From: an uncultured Candidatus Saccharibacteria bacterium
GTDB lineage: Bacteria > Patescibacteriota > Minisyncoccia > Portnoybacterales > UBA2143
Assembly (NCBI GenBank): GCA_964420115.1
Contig: CAYQQO010000002.1
Span: 726-64,725 of the forward strand
Direction: 5' to 3'
DNA: 64,000 nt
Shown here: positions 1-8,735 of the stretch, piece after piece
How positions within the stretch are numbered: position 1 is the stretch's first letter
How the letters are laid out: each line of letters opens with the position of its first letter
Position numbers and translations under genes: made by a program
The notes under the pieces: generated by a model
What the model saw: only the letters and a program-made list of their open reading frames with translations
Databases searched by the model: none
Told to the model about the DNA's origin: nothing

Positions 1-341
1 TAGCTTTGGGCCTGGTTTTAGCTTCATTGTGTTTTTCTTTGTTGGGGATTATGTTTGCAATGTTTCCGACAGAAAATCCGGGTAATGTTATGATGATGCT
101 GAACTTTATTCGTCTTCCTTTGATGTTTATCAGCGGTATTTTTATTCCGATAGAAACCCTGCCCTCTTGGGGTAAGCTGGTGTCTTTTTTATCGCCTTTA
201 ACCTACGCAAACGACTTGTTTAGATTTGGAATAGAAGGAAAAGCTCAATTGGATTTAGTCGCTAATTTTATAATTTTGCTAATTTTTGCCGGGATATTTC
301 TTTTTATCGGTATCCGGCTAGACAAAAAATTTCGCCAATAA
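1..341 (+). CDS. ABC-2 type transporter permease, C-terminal fragment (5' end outside window)
   Basis: ORF 6..341 translates to several hydrophobic helices with the typical ABC-2 permease C-terminus; the ORF runs off the window start. Confidence 0.5.
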   Translation, partial: ALGLVLASLCFSLLGIMFAMFPTENPGNVMMMLNFIRLPLMFISGIFIPIETLPSWGKLVSFLSPLTYANDLFRFGIEGKAQLDLVANFIILLIFAGIFLFIGIRLDKKFRQ

Positions 342-350
342 ATTTTTAGT

Positions 351-563
351 ATGAATAGTGAAATATTCAAGACAATAAAAATTTTGTGTATTTTGAGTTT
401 TGTGGTGGTCGCTCTTACTTCTGTTCCTTTGTTAGTTGCGTATCTGAAAGGAGGCGCTCTAAAATATTCTTTTATCGTAGATTTGCATGTTTGGACAGGA
501 GTAGTTTTTATTATTTTCGCGGTTTTGAGAATAATAAGAACAAAGTTAAAAAATATTAACTAA
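351..563 (+). CDS. small two-helix membrane protein, hypothetical
   Basis: 70-aa ORF with two hydrophobic segments; no recognisable family. Confidence 0.3.
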   Translation: MNSEIFKTIKILCILSFVVVALTSVPLLVAYLKGGALKYSFIVDLHVWTGVVFIIFAVLRIIRTKLKNIN

Positions 564-575
564 TTTTAAAAAAAT

Positions 576-935
576 ATGAGCAAGCAACAAAAACAAGACC
601 CGAAATTCACTAAATTCCACGGCGTGGATCGGGAAAAAATCCAGTGGAATCCGGTCATTGATGAATCAAAGTGCACCGGTTGCGGGATGTGTGCTGCTAC
701 TTGCGGCCGAGGCGTGTATAAGTTTGATTACGAAAGCAAAAAACCAAAAGTGGTAAATCCTAATAACTGCATGGTGGCTTGCCAGACCTGCTTTAATTTG
801 TGCCCGATGAAAGCAATTTCTTTTGCCGAAAATGACGCTACCAGAGAAAAAGCGCAAAAGATCGTCAAAGATTTTCGGTTGCTTCCAAAAGTTAAAGAGG
901 AATTGGAAAAGAGAAAAGACGAACTAGGTTTTTAA
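576..935 (+). CDS. 2[4Fe-4S] ferredoxin-like protein
   Basis: Two cluster motifs, CTGCGMCAATC (CxxCxxCxxxC) and CMVACQTCFNLCP (CxxxCxxCxxxCP). Confidence 0.75.
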   Translation: MSKQQKQDPKFTKFHGVDREKIQWNPVIDESKCTGCGMCAATCGRGVYKFDYESKKPKVVNPNNCMVACQTCFNLCPMKAISFAENDATREKAQKIVKDFRLLPKVKEELEKRKDELGF

Positions 936-940
936 TTGTT

Positions 941-1582
941 ATGAGGAACAAAATTATTATTCCATTAATTTTAACTATTATCATTGCCGCAGGGTTTTTT
1001 GTCTTTAATTTTAATAGACAAAATAAAGATCAAGTTATTACGGACGAAATGCCGGCTCAAGAAAAAATAAGAATTGCGGCTTGTCCAACCTGCTATGAAT
1101 TAAGCAAGAAGCTGGAGTTGGAAAAATATCAAATTATTAAAACCAACTCTACCGCCCAAAGCATTGCTCTTTTGGAAAGCGGGCAGGCTGATATGATTTT
1201 GGCCGGCCGCACGCTTAAACCAAATGAGCCGCAGATGGACTATCTTTTAGTTGATGAGGGCTATTCTTTTTTAAGCAATCAAGAGGTGACAATTTTTATT
1301 GATCAATTAAATAATTATAATGTTTATACCGATCTAAACGAGGAAGAACTAAAAGAAAAATTTCCTATTGAAAAAATTCAAACAGTGGGCAATGTCTATG
1401 ATTATTTAGATAAGGGAATAATTATTACTTCCTGGGAAAATACCGATTACAATAAAGCAGGAATTGTTCATTTATTAGAAGGGAACAGGGGAAGAGTAAA
1501 ATTGTCCAGACGGCCAACGCTTTATTGTCCAAATGTCTGTGACGAGAAAGCCCAAGAGCTGGTTTTATATTTAAAGAAATAA
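941..1582 (+). CDS. membrane-anchored hypothetical protein with CPTC motif
   Basis: N-terminal TM helix followed by an AACPTCYEL CxxC motif; no confident family. Sits in the redox cluster. Confidence 0.4.
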   Translation: MRNKIIIPLILTIIIAAGFFVFNFNRQNKDQVITDEMPAQEKIRIAACPTCYELSKKLELEKYQIIKTNSTAQSIALLESGQADMILAGRTLKPNEPQMDYLLVDEGYSFLSNQEVTIFIDQLNNYNVYTDLNEEELKEKFPIEKIQTVGNVYDYLDKGIIITSWENTDYNKAGIVHLLEGNRGRVKLSRRPTLYCPNVCDEKAQELVLYLKK

Positions 1583-1587
1583 AAAAT

Positions 1588-1636
1588 TTGACAAGCTAAA
1601 TTAATTTTATAATAATATCAATATCTATTGATATTA
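1588..1636 (+). promoter_or_regulatory. sigma70-like promoter (TTGACA-N17-AATAAT) overlapped by a 24-bp palindrome, putative operator
   Basis: TTGACA at 1588-1593 with a 17-nt spacer and AATAAT. TAATATCAATA-TC-TATTGATATTA (1613-1636) has perfect 11-bp inverted arms at and after the -10 box. It lies 17 nt upstream of the glutaredoxin start. Confidence 0.4.
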
Positions 1637-1652
1637 AAATAATCTAAAATAT

Positions 1653-1898
1653 ATGACAAAATCTAACAAAAAAATAGTGGTCTATTCCACTCCCGATTGC
1701 GCTTATTGCTACACTCTAAAAAGTTATCTTGATAAAAAGGGATTTGAATATCAGGAAATCAATATTTATGAAGATGATAAGGAGCGTGAAAAAATGGAAA
1801 AAATTTCCGGACAAAAAAATGTCCCTGTTACGGTTGTTGATGAACAAGTTGTTGCTGGTTGGGATAAGAAAAAAATAAACGATTTATTGGGGATTTAA
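1653..1898 (+). CDS. glutaredoxin/NrdH-like redoxin
   Basis: 81 aa with VVYSTPDCAYCYTLK CxxC active site and a C-terminal GW motif typical of Grx/NrdH. Confidence 0.75.
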   Translation: MTKSNKKIVVYSTPDCAYCYTLKSYLDKKGFEYQEINIYEDDKEREKMEKISGQKNVPVTVVDEQVVAGWDKKKINDLLGI

Positions 1899-1900
1899 TT

Positions 1901-2812
1901 GTGAAGGATTTGGTTATTATTGGCGGCGGAGCGGCTGGGATTACGGCCAGTATTTACGCGGCCAGAAAATTTATTGATACATTATTAATCACTACTGATT
2001 TTATGGGTCAAGTCGGTGTTTCGGCTTGGATTGAAAATTATCCCGGATTTAAGAAAATTTCCGGCTTGGATTTAATTAAAAATTTTAAAGAACATCTGGA
2101 AATGTTTAAAATTGACAAAAAAACTTTTGAGACGGTTGAAAAAATAAAAAGAATAAAAGGCGGTTTTGAAATTATTACTGACGATGCTAATTGTAGGGCT
2201 AAATCAATAATAATTGCCAGTGGTAGCATACCAAAAAAATTAAAAGTTAAAAATGAAGATAAATTCTTAGGCAAAGGAATCTCTTATTGTGTTACTTGTG
2301 ATGAAACGGCTTTTAAAAATAAAATTGTAGCAGTGATTGGCGGCGGCAATGCCGGCATAGAGGGTGCAATTGAACTTAGCAGGTTTTGTGGGAAAATTTA
2401 TGTTTTGGAATGTTTGGATAAATTAGGAGCTGATAAAATACTGCGTGAAGAAGCTAAAAAAATAAGTAAAATAGAAATTATTACTTCTGCCGAAATAAAA
2501 TCATTTGAGGGTGATTTTGGCTTAGAAAAAATTATTTACATAGACAAAAAAACGAATAAGGAAAAAGAATTGGGAATTGACGGTTGTTTTATTGAGATCG
2601 GTGTGATGCCAAATACCAATTTTGTAAAAGAACTTTTATCTTTGAATAAAAAAGGAGAAATAATTGTTGATCCATATACATTAGAGACGAGCATTAAAGG
2701 AATATTTGCCGCCGGTGATGTTAATGATTTGCAGAGCAAGCAAATAGTTATTGCCTGCGGTCAAGGCGCTTCGGCCTTATTGTCCGCTTACAATCATTTA
2801 TTTAAAAATTAA
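1901..2812 (+). CDS. trxB: thioredoxin-disulfide reductase
   Basis: GTG start. FAD motif GGGAAG, redox-active CVTCD, NAD(P) motif GGGNAG and C-terminal AAGDV. Confidence 0.85.
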   Translation: MKDLVIIGGGAAGITASIYAARKFIDTLLITTDFMGQVGVSAWIENYPGFKKISGLDLIKNFKEHLEMFKIDKKTFETVEKIKRIKGGFEIITDDANCRAKSIIIASGSIPKKLKVKNEDKFLGKGISYCVTCDETAFKNKIVAVIGGGNAGIEGAIELSRFCGKIYVLECLDKLGADKILREEAKKISKIEIITSAEIKSFEGDFGLEKIIYIDKKTNKEKELGIDGCFIEIGVMPNTNFVKELLSLNKKGEIIVDPYTLETSIKGIFAAGDVNDLQSKQIVIACGQGASALLSAYNHLFKN

Positions 2813-2825
2813 AAAATATAAATAT

Positions 2826-4058
2826 ATGACTATGATTAAAAGAATATTATTTATTTTGCTATTTATCGCTTTACTTGTTCCCGCAAGTAGTGTTTTTGCT
2901 CAAGAAAAAACAAAGGATATTAATATCTATTTTTTCTGGGGCGAGGGGTGTCCTCATTGTGCCAAAGAAAAACCCTTTTTAGAAAAGCTGGAAAACAAAT
3001 ATCCGCAGGTTAATGTTCAATCTTACGAAGTTTGGGGAAATAAAGATAATCAGAAGCTATTAATTGATTTTGGTAAAAAATTAAATGCCAATATTTCGGG
3101 CGTGCCTTTCACGGTTGTCGGCGAAAAATATTTTATTGGCTGGTATGACGAGCAAAGCACCGGCAAGGCGATTGAAGATGCTGTTAAATGCGCTGAGCAA
3201 AACAGTTGTCGGGATATTGGCCACGAGATTTCAGCATTATCTGTCGAAAAAGATTTAAGCGAAAAAAATGAAGAAGACTGCGACTGCGAAGAAGAACAAT
3301 CACCTCTGTCGCAAAAAATAAAAGTTCCTCTTTTGGGAGAAATTGAAACCAAAAATTTTTCCCTGCCATTATTAACCATAGTTTTAGGCGCTCTGGACGG
3401 TTTTAATCCATGCGCTATGTGGACGCTGTTGTTTTTGATCAGTTTGCTTTTAGGTATGAAAAACAGAAAAAGAATGTGGATATTGGGAACGGCTTTTATT
3501 GTCGCTTCGGCTTCAGTTTATTTCGTATTTATGTCGGCTTGGCTTAACTTGATTTTGTTTATTGGGGTGGTTGTTTGGGTTAGAATTATTATCGGACTTA
3601 TTGCTCTTTTGGGTGGCGGTTACAATTTGAAGGAATATTTTACCAGCCCGAAAGCCGGATGCAAAGTAACAGGCACAGAAAAAAGGCAGAAAGTTTTTGA
3701 AAAATTAAAAAATATCACTCATCAAAAAAGTTTTTATTTGGCCCTAGGCGGAATAATTTTATTGGCTTTTGCGGTTAATCTGGTTGAGTTGATTTGCTCG
3801 GCCGGTTTGCCCGCGGTTTACACCCAAGTTTTGGCTTTGAGTAATTTAGCCAAGTGGCAGTATTATCTCTATATTCTGCTCTATGTCTTTATTTTCATGC
3901 TGGATGATTTGTTTGTATTTTTTGTCGCTATGACGACTTTGCGAATGACTGGCATAACCACAAAATATGCTCGCTGGTCGCGCTTAATCGGGGGGATACT
4001 GATGCTGATTATCGGTTTACTGCTGATATTCAAGCCCGGCTGGTTGATGTTTGGCTAA
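2826..4058 (+). CDS. secreted thioredoxin-fold domain fused to a CcdA/DsbD-like polytopic membrane domain
   Basis: Signal-like N-terminus, then a Trx fold (WGEGCPHC), an acidic Cys linker (EEDCDCEEEQ), and a membrane domain with GALDGFNPCAMW (CcdA-like TM1 SPC/NPC cysteine), a loop Cys and CSAGLPAVYT. The true start is probably ATG 2826 inside ORF 2751..4058. Confidence 0.55.
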   Translation: MTMIKRILFILLFIALLVPASSVFAQEKTKDINIYFFWGEGCPHCAKEKPFLEKLENKYPQVNVQSYEVWGNKDNQKLLIDFGKKLNANISGVPFTVVGEKYFIGWYDEQSTGKAIEDAVKCAEQNSCRDIGHEISALSVEKDLSEKNEEDCDCEEEQSPLSQKIKVPLLGEIETKNFSLPLLTIVLGALDGFNPCAMWTLLFLISLLLGMKNRKRMWILGTAFIVASASVYFVFMSAWLNLILFIGVVVWVRIIIGLIALLGGGYNLKEYFTSPKAGCKVTGTEKRQKVFEKLKNITHQKSFYLALGGIILLAFAVNLVELICSAGLPAVYTQVLALSNLAKWQYYLYILLYVFIFMLDDLFVFFVAMTTLRMTGITTKYARWSRLIGGILMLIIGLLLIFKPGWLMFG

Positions 4059-4348
4059 ATATTTAATTATTCTTTTCTAGATCGTTCAAGTCCTTTCAAT
4101 TTCGTTTTGGGGGTGTTAATCTCTTGTCTCCTCTCAATCGCTTACCGCAAGGGTAAACACGGGGTTAAAATGGGGCAACAAATTGTTTATGAGACCAGTA
4201 TATAACTTGGATAAAGTTAAATATGTCATAGATCAGCCGACTTTTAAAAAAGCAGTGGCGTTAGGGGAGTTCAGAAATTATACAGATAATATCTTATTTA
4301 TTAACGAGATGTTTTGAATCTAAAACAGCGCGTTATATTAAGTGGCAA

Positions 4349-4377
4349 AAACAACCGTTTTTTACGGTTGTTTTTTG
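4349..4377 (+). terminator. rho-independent terminator
   Basis: Hairpin AACAACCGT-tttt-TACGGTTGTT followed by a T-run. Confidence 0.7.
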
Positions 4378-4424
4378 CGTGTGGAGACATAGACGATAGC
4401 GGGGTTAAGTGATATGATGGCGGT

Positions 4425-5003
4425 ATGGCTGGTTTTTTTAAGAAATACAAATATGATTTGGTTATTTTATTTATAATCATTTTATTTATTATTTTAGCTT
4501 TTTATAGCGACCAAAAATTTGGTTTTTTCTCTTCGCGGGAAGATTTTCAAAACTATGTGATGTCTTTCGGCCCTTTGGCGCCCATTGCTTTAATATTAAT
4601 TATTATTGTAGAAGTAATTGTTGCTCCTTTGCCTGGTTTTATCCCCGCTATTTCCGCCGGCTTTGTTTTTGGCTCTGTTTGGGGATCTGTCTATGCTTAT
4701 ATCGGCAATCTAATCGGGGGCTTAATTGTTTTCTTTTTGGCCAGAAAACTCGGCAGGCCCATTATTGGTAAGTTATTCAACCAAGAAAGGGTGGATAAGT
4801 ACAGCCGGGCTATTGGCAGACATGAAAATTACCTTCTTATTTTTTGCTTTATTCCAGTAGTGCCGACAGATATAATTGTTGCCGCTTTTGGTCTTTCAGA
4901 GATTAAAATAGGAAAATTTGTTTCTGTTTTAGCTGTTGGTTATATTTTTTATGTTGCAGTTATGAATATTTTCGGCGATTATTTAGCCAGCTTATATTTT
5001 TAA
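4425..5003 (+). CDS. DedA/TVP38 family membrane protein
   Basis: GRPIIGKLF...FIPVVPTDIIVAAFGLSEI pattern typical of SNARE-associated/DedA proteins. Confidence 0.75.
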   Translation: MAGFFKKYKYDLVILFIIILFIILAFYSDQKFGFFSSREDFQNYVMSFGPLAPIALILIIIVEVIVAPLPGFIPAISAGFVFGSVWGSVYAYIGNLIGGLIVFFLARKLGRPIIGKLFNQERVDKYSRAIGRHENYLLIFCFIPVVPTDIIVAAFGLSEIKIGKFVSVLAVGYIFYVAVMNIFGDYLASLYF

Positions 5004-5383
5004 CAAAATGAAAGTTAACTTTTTGCCAAAAACTCAATTAAGTAAATGGTCGGTTATATTGATTATCGCCACGCCAATATTTTTTATATTGGCATGTCCT
5101 TTATGGATTTTTACGAATTTATTCTAGCTGGGAGTACAATACTACATGATATTATAGATAGGCCCGGGATAGCCTTGCTAATGCTGATTGCTTTTTTTGC
5201 GGGATAGCGGCCTTTTTTACCGGTATTATTGGTATTATTGAAAGAAAGGATTATTCTGTTCTCGTCTTTTTATCTATTATGTTAGGATCGCTTGTCTTAT
5301 TGTGGTGTTTAGCTGAAATTCTTTTTCCTCATTAAAGCAAAGGGGTTTATCTTTTCGTTGTTTGTTTATAAATATAATTTTGT

Positions 5384-6646
5384 ATGACTATGAATAAAAA
5401 CAAAAAAGAAACAACAAATTATATTATTTTTGCTTTTGTTATTATCATTATTATAGCTTTTGGCTTTTTTTGGTATTTTGACCAAATCCAGCAAAAAGAA
5501 GAACAAGAGCAAGAAGAATTAGAAGTGCCTATTGTAGCGCGTTTTGGTTCAAAAATTGTCTATACCACAAATACTAACACTTCAACAGCTTCTTTTATTG
5601 CTCACTGTCAAAGTATCGGGGGCGCCTTTAACGAGTGCGGGGGTCCTTGCGCTCCTGATGCTGAAAGTTGTGTCAGTGTTTGCGCTTATACCTGCGAACA
5701 AATCTCTGTTGACAATAGAGATAAAGATGGAAAAGATAATATAGCCCAGTGGCAGGAATTTAGTGATAATCAGTTTAATTTTAGTTTGAAATATCCGTCG
5801 GATAATTGGGATATGTATAAAGATATATCTCTTGATGTTGAGCCCAAATTTAATTTTTATATTAAACCAGATATCGGCGCTTCTCTTGACCTACCTCTTG
5901 ATCACTTCGCTAATATTAGTCATGTTTCAGTCTATCCCAGGGGGGTACCAACAGAAGGTGTTTTTGGCCGAACGAAAGATCTTAATTTTGATGTTGGCTT
6001 TGAGACGGCAAATGATTCAAAGGTTTATCTTTTAGAAGACGGCACTGCCTTTGCCGCTTATATAAGGCCGCTTAATCCGCCGCAATCATGGAGTATGTCC
6101 GGCTTTATATGGATGCGCCTTAAGATTAATAATTTGAATACTAAGTGTTTGAGAGATGGGCAAGAGATAAATTTTGCCCAATGCGATCCAGTCGTTAAAA
6201 ACGATCAAATTATTAGAAATGGTTCAGTTGATAAAACTGCTTGGGAAAGGCAAGAAAATATTGTAAAAACAATGAAATTTGAGAAGGGGAGTAAAGCAAG
6301 CGATTTAATTTTTTTTAACAATCCTGTTTCAGGAGATATTATTGAAAGCCCCTTGGAGATTAAAGGAGAAGCGCGCGGGACTTGGTATTTTGAGGCGAAT
6401 TTTCCTATTATTCTTACTGACTGGGATGGTAGAATTATTGCCGAAACATACGCTCAAGCTCAAGGCGGCTGGATGACTGAAGATTTTGTCCCTTTCACTG
6501 CCATGGTTAAATTTGAAAGTCCATACAAAGAGGGAGATCCTGATTTTATGGGGAATGGCTTTCTGATTTTACAAAAGGCTAATCCGTCAGGTCTTTCTAA
6601 AAATGATGATGTCTTGGAAATTATGGTAAGGTTTAAACGGGGATAA
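5384..6646 (+). CDS. membrane-anchored Cys-rich extracytoplasmic protein, hypothetical
   Basis: N-terminal TM helix, then a Cys cluster (CQSIGGAFNECGGPCAPDAESCVSVCAYTCEQ); 420 aa with no known family. Confidence 0.45.
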   Translation: MTMNKNKKETTNYIIFAFVIIIIIAFGFFWYFDQIQQKEEQEQEELEVPIVARFGSKIVYTTNTNTSTASFIAHCQSIGGAFNECGGPCAPDAESCVSVCAYTCEQISVDNRDKDGKDNIAQWQEFSDNQFNFSLKYPSDNWDMYKDISLDVEPKFNFYIKPDIGASLDLPLDHFANISHVSVYPRGVPTEGVFGRTKDLNFDVGFETANDSKVYLLEDGTAFAAYIRPLNPPQSWSMSGFIWMRLKINNLNTKCLRDGQEINFAQCDPVVKNDQIIRNGSVDKTAWERQENIVKTMKFEKGSKASDLIFFNNPVSGDIIESPLEIKGEARGTWYFEANFPIILTDWDGRIIAETYAQAQGGWMTEDFVPFTAMVKFESPYKEGDPDFMGNGFLILQKANPSGLSKNDDVLEIMVRFKRG

Positions 6647-6760
6647 TTTTATAAAGTTAATTTCACTTAAAAAAATGTGATTTAGGAAAAATTGTAAAAA
6701 GGTGCTTTAAATTGTAAAAAAAACAAAGGCGGGTATTAGTTTGCCGGGTATATAATGGCA

Positions 6761-6788
6761 AGAAGGTGAAGGTGAAGGTGAAGGTGAA
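6761..6788. repeat. (GAAGGT)n hexanucleotide tandem repeat, about 4.7 units
   Basis: gaaggtgaaggtgaaggtgaaggtgaag read directly in the non-coding stretch 6647-7084. Confidence 0.7.
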
Positions 6789-7032
6789 GAATGTGTTAAT
6801 GTTATAGGTTAAATTACTATAAATTAATAACTTTTTAAAAGAATATATCTAAATCTAAAACAGTAGTTACAATTATTATTCTTATGGCTATTATTGGGAG
6901 TGGTTATTTGCTATGCTAAACTTTTTTGTGGGATAAAATAAGCGGACAAGAGGGTAATTTTTATGTCTGCCAATAGCTCAGCTGTATTTATCTGTTCTTT
7001 CTTGGTTGGATAATAAGGCGATAACTGAAGAT

Positions 7033-7078
7033 AAAAAAACGCCCGCTTCTTATTGGATAAGCGAGCGCTGAGGCGGGA
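7033..7078 (-). terminator. rho-independent terminator of the minus-strand HTH gene
   Basis: On the minus strand: CCCGCC...CGCTT-loop-AAGCG...GGCGGG stem followed by TTTTTTT (plus-strand A-run 7033-7039), directly 3' of the gene ending at 7085. Confidence 0.55.
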
Positions 7079-7084
7079 AAAGGT

Positions 7085-7267
7085 TCAAGCTTTGGCTTGT
7101 CGCCTTTTTTTATACCTAGTAATGTCTGCTTTTCTAAATTCCCAGAATTTGCCCACTTTTTGGGCGCGGAGCTTGCCTTTTCTTGCAAGCGTGATGACAT
7201 CGTCTGGTGAGATATCCAGTATATGGGCCACAGCTTTTGATCTTAGGGAAATTCCTTTTTCTTTCAT
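7085..7267 (-). CDS. excisionase-family helix-turn-helix DNA-binding protein (Xis/AlpA-like)
   Basis: 60-aa MKEKGISLRSKAVAHILDISPDDVITLARKGKLRAQKVGKFWEFRKADI matches the excisionase-type HTH pattern. An AGGAG RBS lies 6 nt upstream on the minus strand. Confidence 0.6.
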   Translation of the reverse strand: MKEKGISLRSKAVAHILDISPDDVITLARKGKLRAQKVGKFWEFRKADITRYKKRRQAKA

Positions 7268-7400
7268 TTTTAACTCCTTTCTTTTGTGGTTGTAAGAACT
7301 ATTTTTATATTACTAAATATCTTTTATTGGGTCAACACATTCTATCTATGTGCATATATCAATAGATTTTATTCTTTTTCAGTGGTAGAATTTAAACATT

Positions 7401-8009
7401 ATGGAAAACAAAGGATTTGGCTTAATAGGGCTTTTAATTACTGTTATAATTGTTTTCGCATTGTTTGCGGGCATTATACATAGTCTTAATATTTCTGTTT
7501 TTTCTAATAAAAAAGAAGGCAACGATGGCTTGATCAGCCCTATTGACAAGGCAGAAGAGGTGAGGAAAAAACTTAATGATAGACAATTGGATTCTCTTTT
7601 GCAGATTATTGCTAAAAAAAAGAAAGACGAAGTTTGTTATAAGAAGCATTGTTTTGAAGTTGAATTAGCTAGAACTCACCAAGAAAGAAGTACGGGATTA
7701 ATGGGCAGGGAGAGCTTAGACAAAGATGAAGGAATGCTTTTTTTCTTTGATAAAGAAGGCAGGCATTCTTTTTGGATGAAAAACACCTTGACCCCCTTGG
7801 ATATAATTTGGATTGACAGCAATAAAGAAGTAATTTTTATAAGCAAAAATACTCAACCTTGTAAAACAGATTTTTGTCCAACAATTACGCCAGACAAAAA
7901 AGCAAAATATGTTTTGGAAATAAATGGTGGAACGGCTGATGAAATTGGTTTGGCGGTTGGCAGTCAATTATCTTTTTTGGGTTTGCCTAAATGGCTTTCA
8001 CAATTTTGA
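7401..8009 (+). CDS. DUF192 (COG1430) domain protein with N-terminal membrane anchor
   Basis: MLFFFDKEGRHSFWMKNTLTPLDIIWID...YVLEINGG matches the DUF192 core. The N-terminus is hydrophobic. Confidence 0.65.
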   Translation: MENKGFGLIGLLITVIIVFALFAGIIHSLNISVFSNKKEGNDGLISPIDKAEEVRKKLNDRQLDSLLQIIAKKKKDEVCYKKHCFEVELARTHQERSTGLMGRESLDKDEGMLFFFDKEGRHSFWMKNTLTPLDIIWIDSNKEVIFISKNTQPCKTDFCPTITPDKKAKYVLEINGGTADEIGLAVGSQLSFLGLPKWLSQF

Positions 8010-8154
8010 TTTTGTTATATACACATATAAAAGGGTAAAATTACCAAAAGAAAAGTTAATTGGAACAAATTGCCTAGATTAGGGAGAAACAGAGTGGCTG
8101 CTGATTATTAAATCTTGTAAAGCTGTAAAAGATGTGTTAATTTTTTAAATAGAT

Positions 8155-8481
8155 ATGCAACCGGAAAAATGGAACAATTTAATAGGCGACATTAAAGATA
8201 AGTTTAAGGTGGAAGAAGACGGCAAGGAGCATTTAGATGAAGGCGGCGGGACAGATATTGAATATATTGTCTTTAAAAGCCCTTTGGGCAGGATTAAGCT
8301 GGAGTTTGTCGTCAAGCCGCTTGTTTTGGATAAAAAAACAACTTATTCTAAAAGAATCGGTTCAGAAACAACTGTTGAATATGTTTATAGTCCAAATGAA
8401 AAAACTTGCAAATTAACAGCTTATAAGTGGGACGAGAGAAAGAATGAATGGATGGAAGTTGACGCTGACACCTTTAATTGA
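8155..8481 (+). CDS. hypothetical protein
   Basis: 108-aa ORF with no recognisable motif. Confidence 0.35.
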   Translation: MQPEKWNNLIGDIKDKFKVEEDGKEHLDEGGGTDIEYIVFKSPLGRIKLEFVVKPLVLDKKTTYSKRIGSETTVEYVYSPNEKTCKLTAYKWDERKNEWMEVDADTFN

Positions 8482-8502
8482 GAGCATAAAGGTTTAGAAA
8501 AC

Positions 8503-8530
8503 AAAAAACCCGCTAGAAGCGGGTTTTTTG
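8503..8530. terminator. bidirectional rho-independent terminator
   Basis: AAAAAACCCGC-taga-AGCGGGTTTTTTG lies between convergent genes 8155..8481(+) and 8544..8735(-). Confidence 0.8.
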
Positions 8531-8543
8531 TTTTCTAACTGAA

Positions 8544-8735
8544 TTAGCGCTGCGGCCTCTGATCTCTTCGTTTTGACCAGCAATCTCGGCAGTAAATTGG
8601 CCGATCTGGAGCTGGTTCAAAAGGAAGTTCAGTAATTTCTTTAGCGCAGTCACTGCATGTCCAGTTACCTTTGACCATTTCCCTAGGAGGAAAATTTCCT
8701 CGAGATTGGTCGTTTCTTGGTTTTTTGTCGAACAC
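8544..8735 (-). CDS. C4 zinc-ribbon small protein (YacG-like pattern)
   Basis: CSDC...(17)...RPIYCRDCW: two CxxC pairs with an RP-x-x-C context reminiscent of YacG-type zinc ribbons. Confidence 0.45.
   Translation of the reverse strand: MFDKKPRNDQSRGNFPPREMVKGNWTCSDCAKEITELPFEPAPDRPIYCRDCWSKRRDQRPQR

Noticed and set aside
4059-4345. Possible structured ncRNA or 41-aa ORF (MRPVYNLDKVKYVIDQPTFKKAVALGEFRNYTDNILFINEMF) in the 365-bp gap after the Trx::CcdA gene
   Set aside because: No RBS, no recognisable RNA family motifs and no promoter consensus; the signal is too weak to call, though the terminator at 4349-4377 suggests something is transcribed here.
5007-5340. Two short hydrophobic ORFs (39 and about 56 aa) between the DedA gene and the Cys-rich protein gene
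   Set aside because: Below the ORF-track threshold, no RBS, and plausibly frame fragments of a decayed membrane-protein gene; not enough support to annotate.
4319-6863. Shared 12-mer AATCTAAAACAG at about 4319 and about 6852
   Set aside because: A single 12-mer coincidence is expected many times by chance in 64 kb of AT-rich sequence; there is no flanking similarity.
7401-7500. Type IV pilin-like N-terminus (KGFGLIGLLITVII) on the DUF192 protein
   Set aside because: It lacks the conserved Glu at +5 after the G|F cleavage site (Gly instead), so it is more likely a plain membrane anchor or signal peptide than a prepilin signal.
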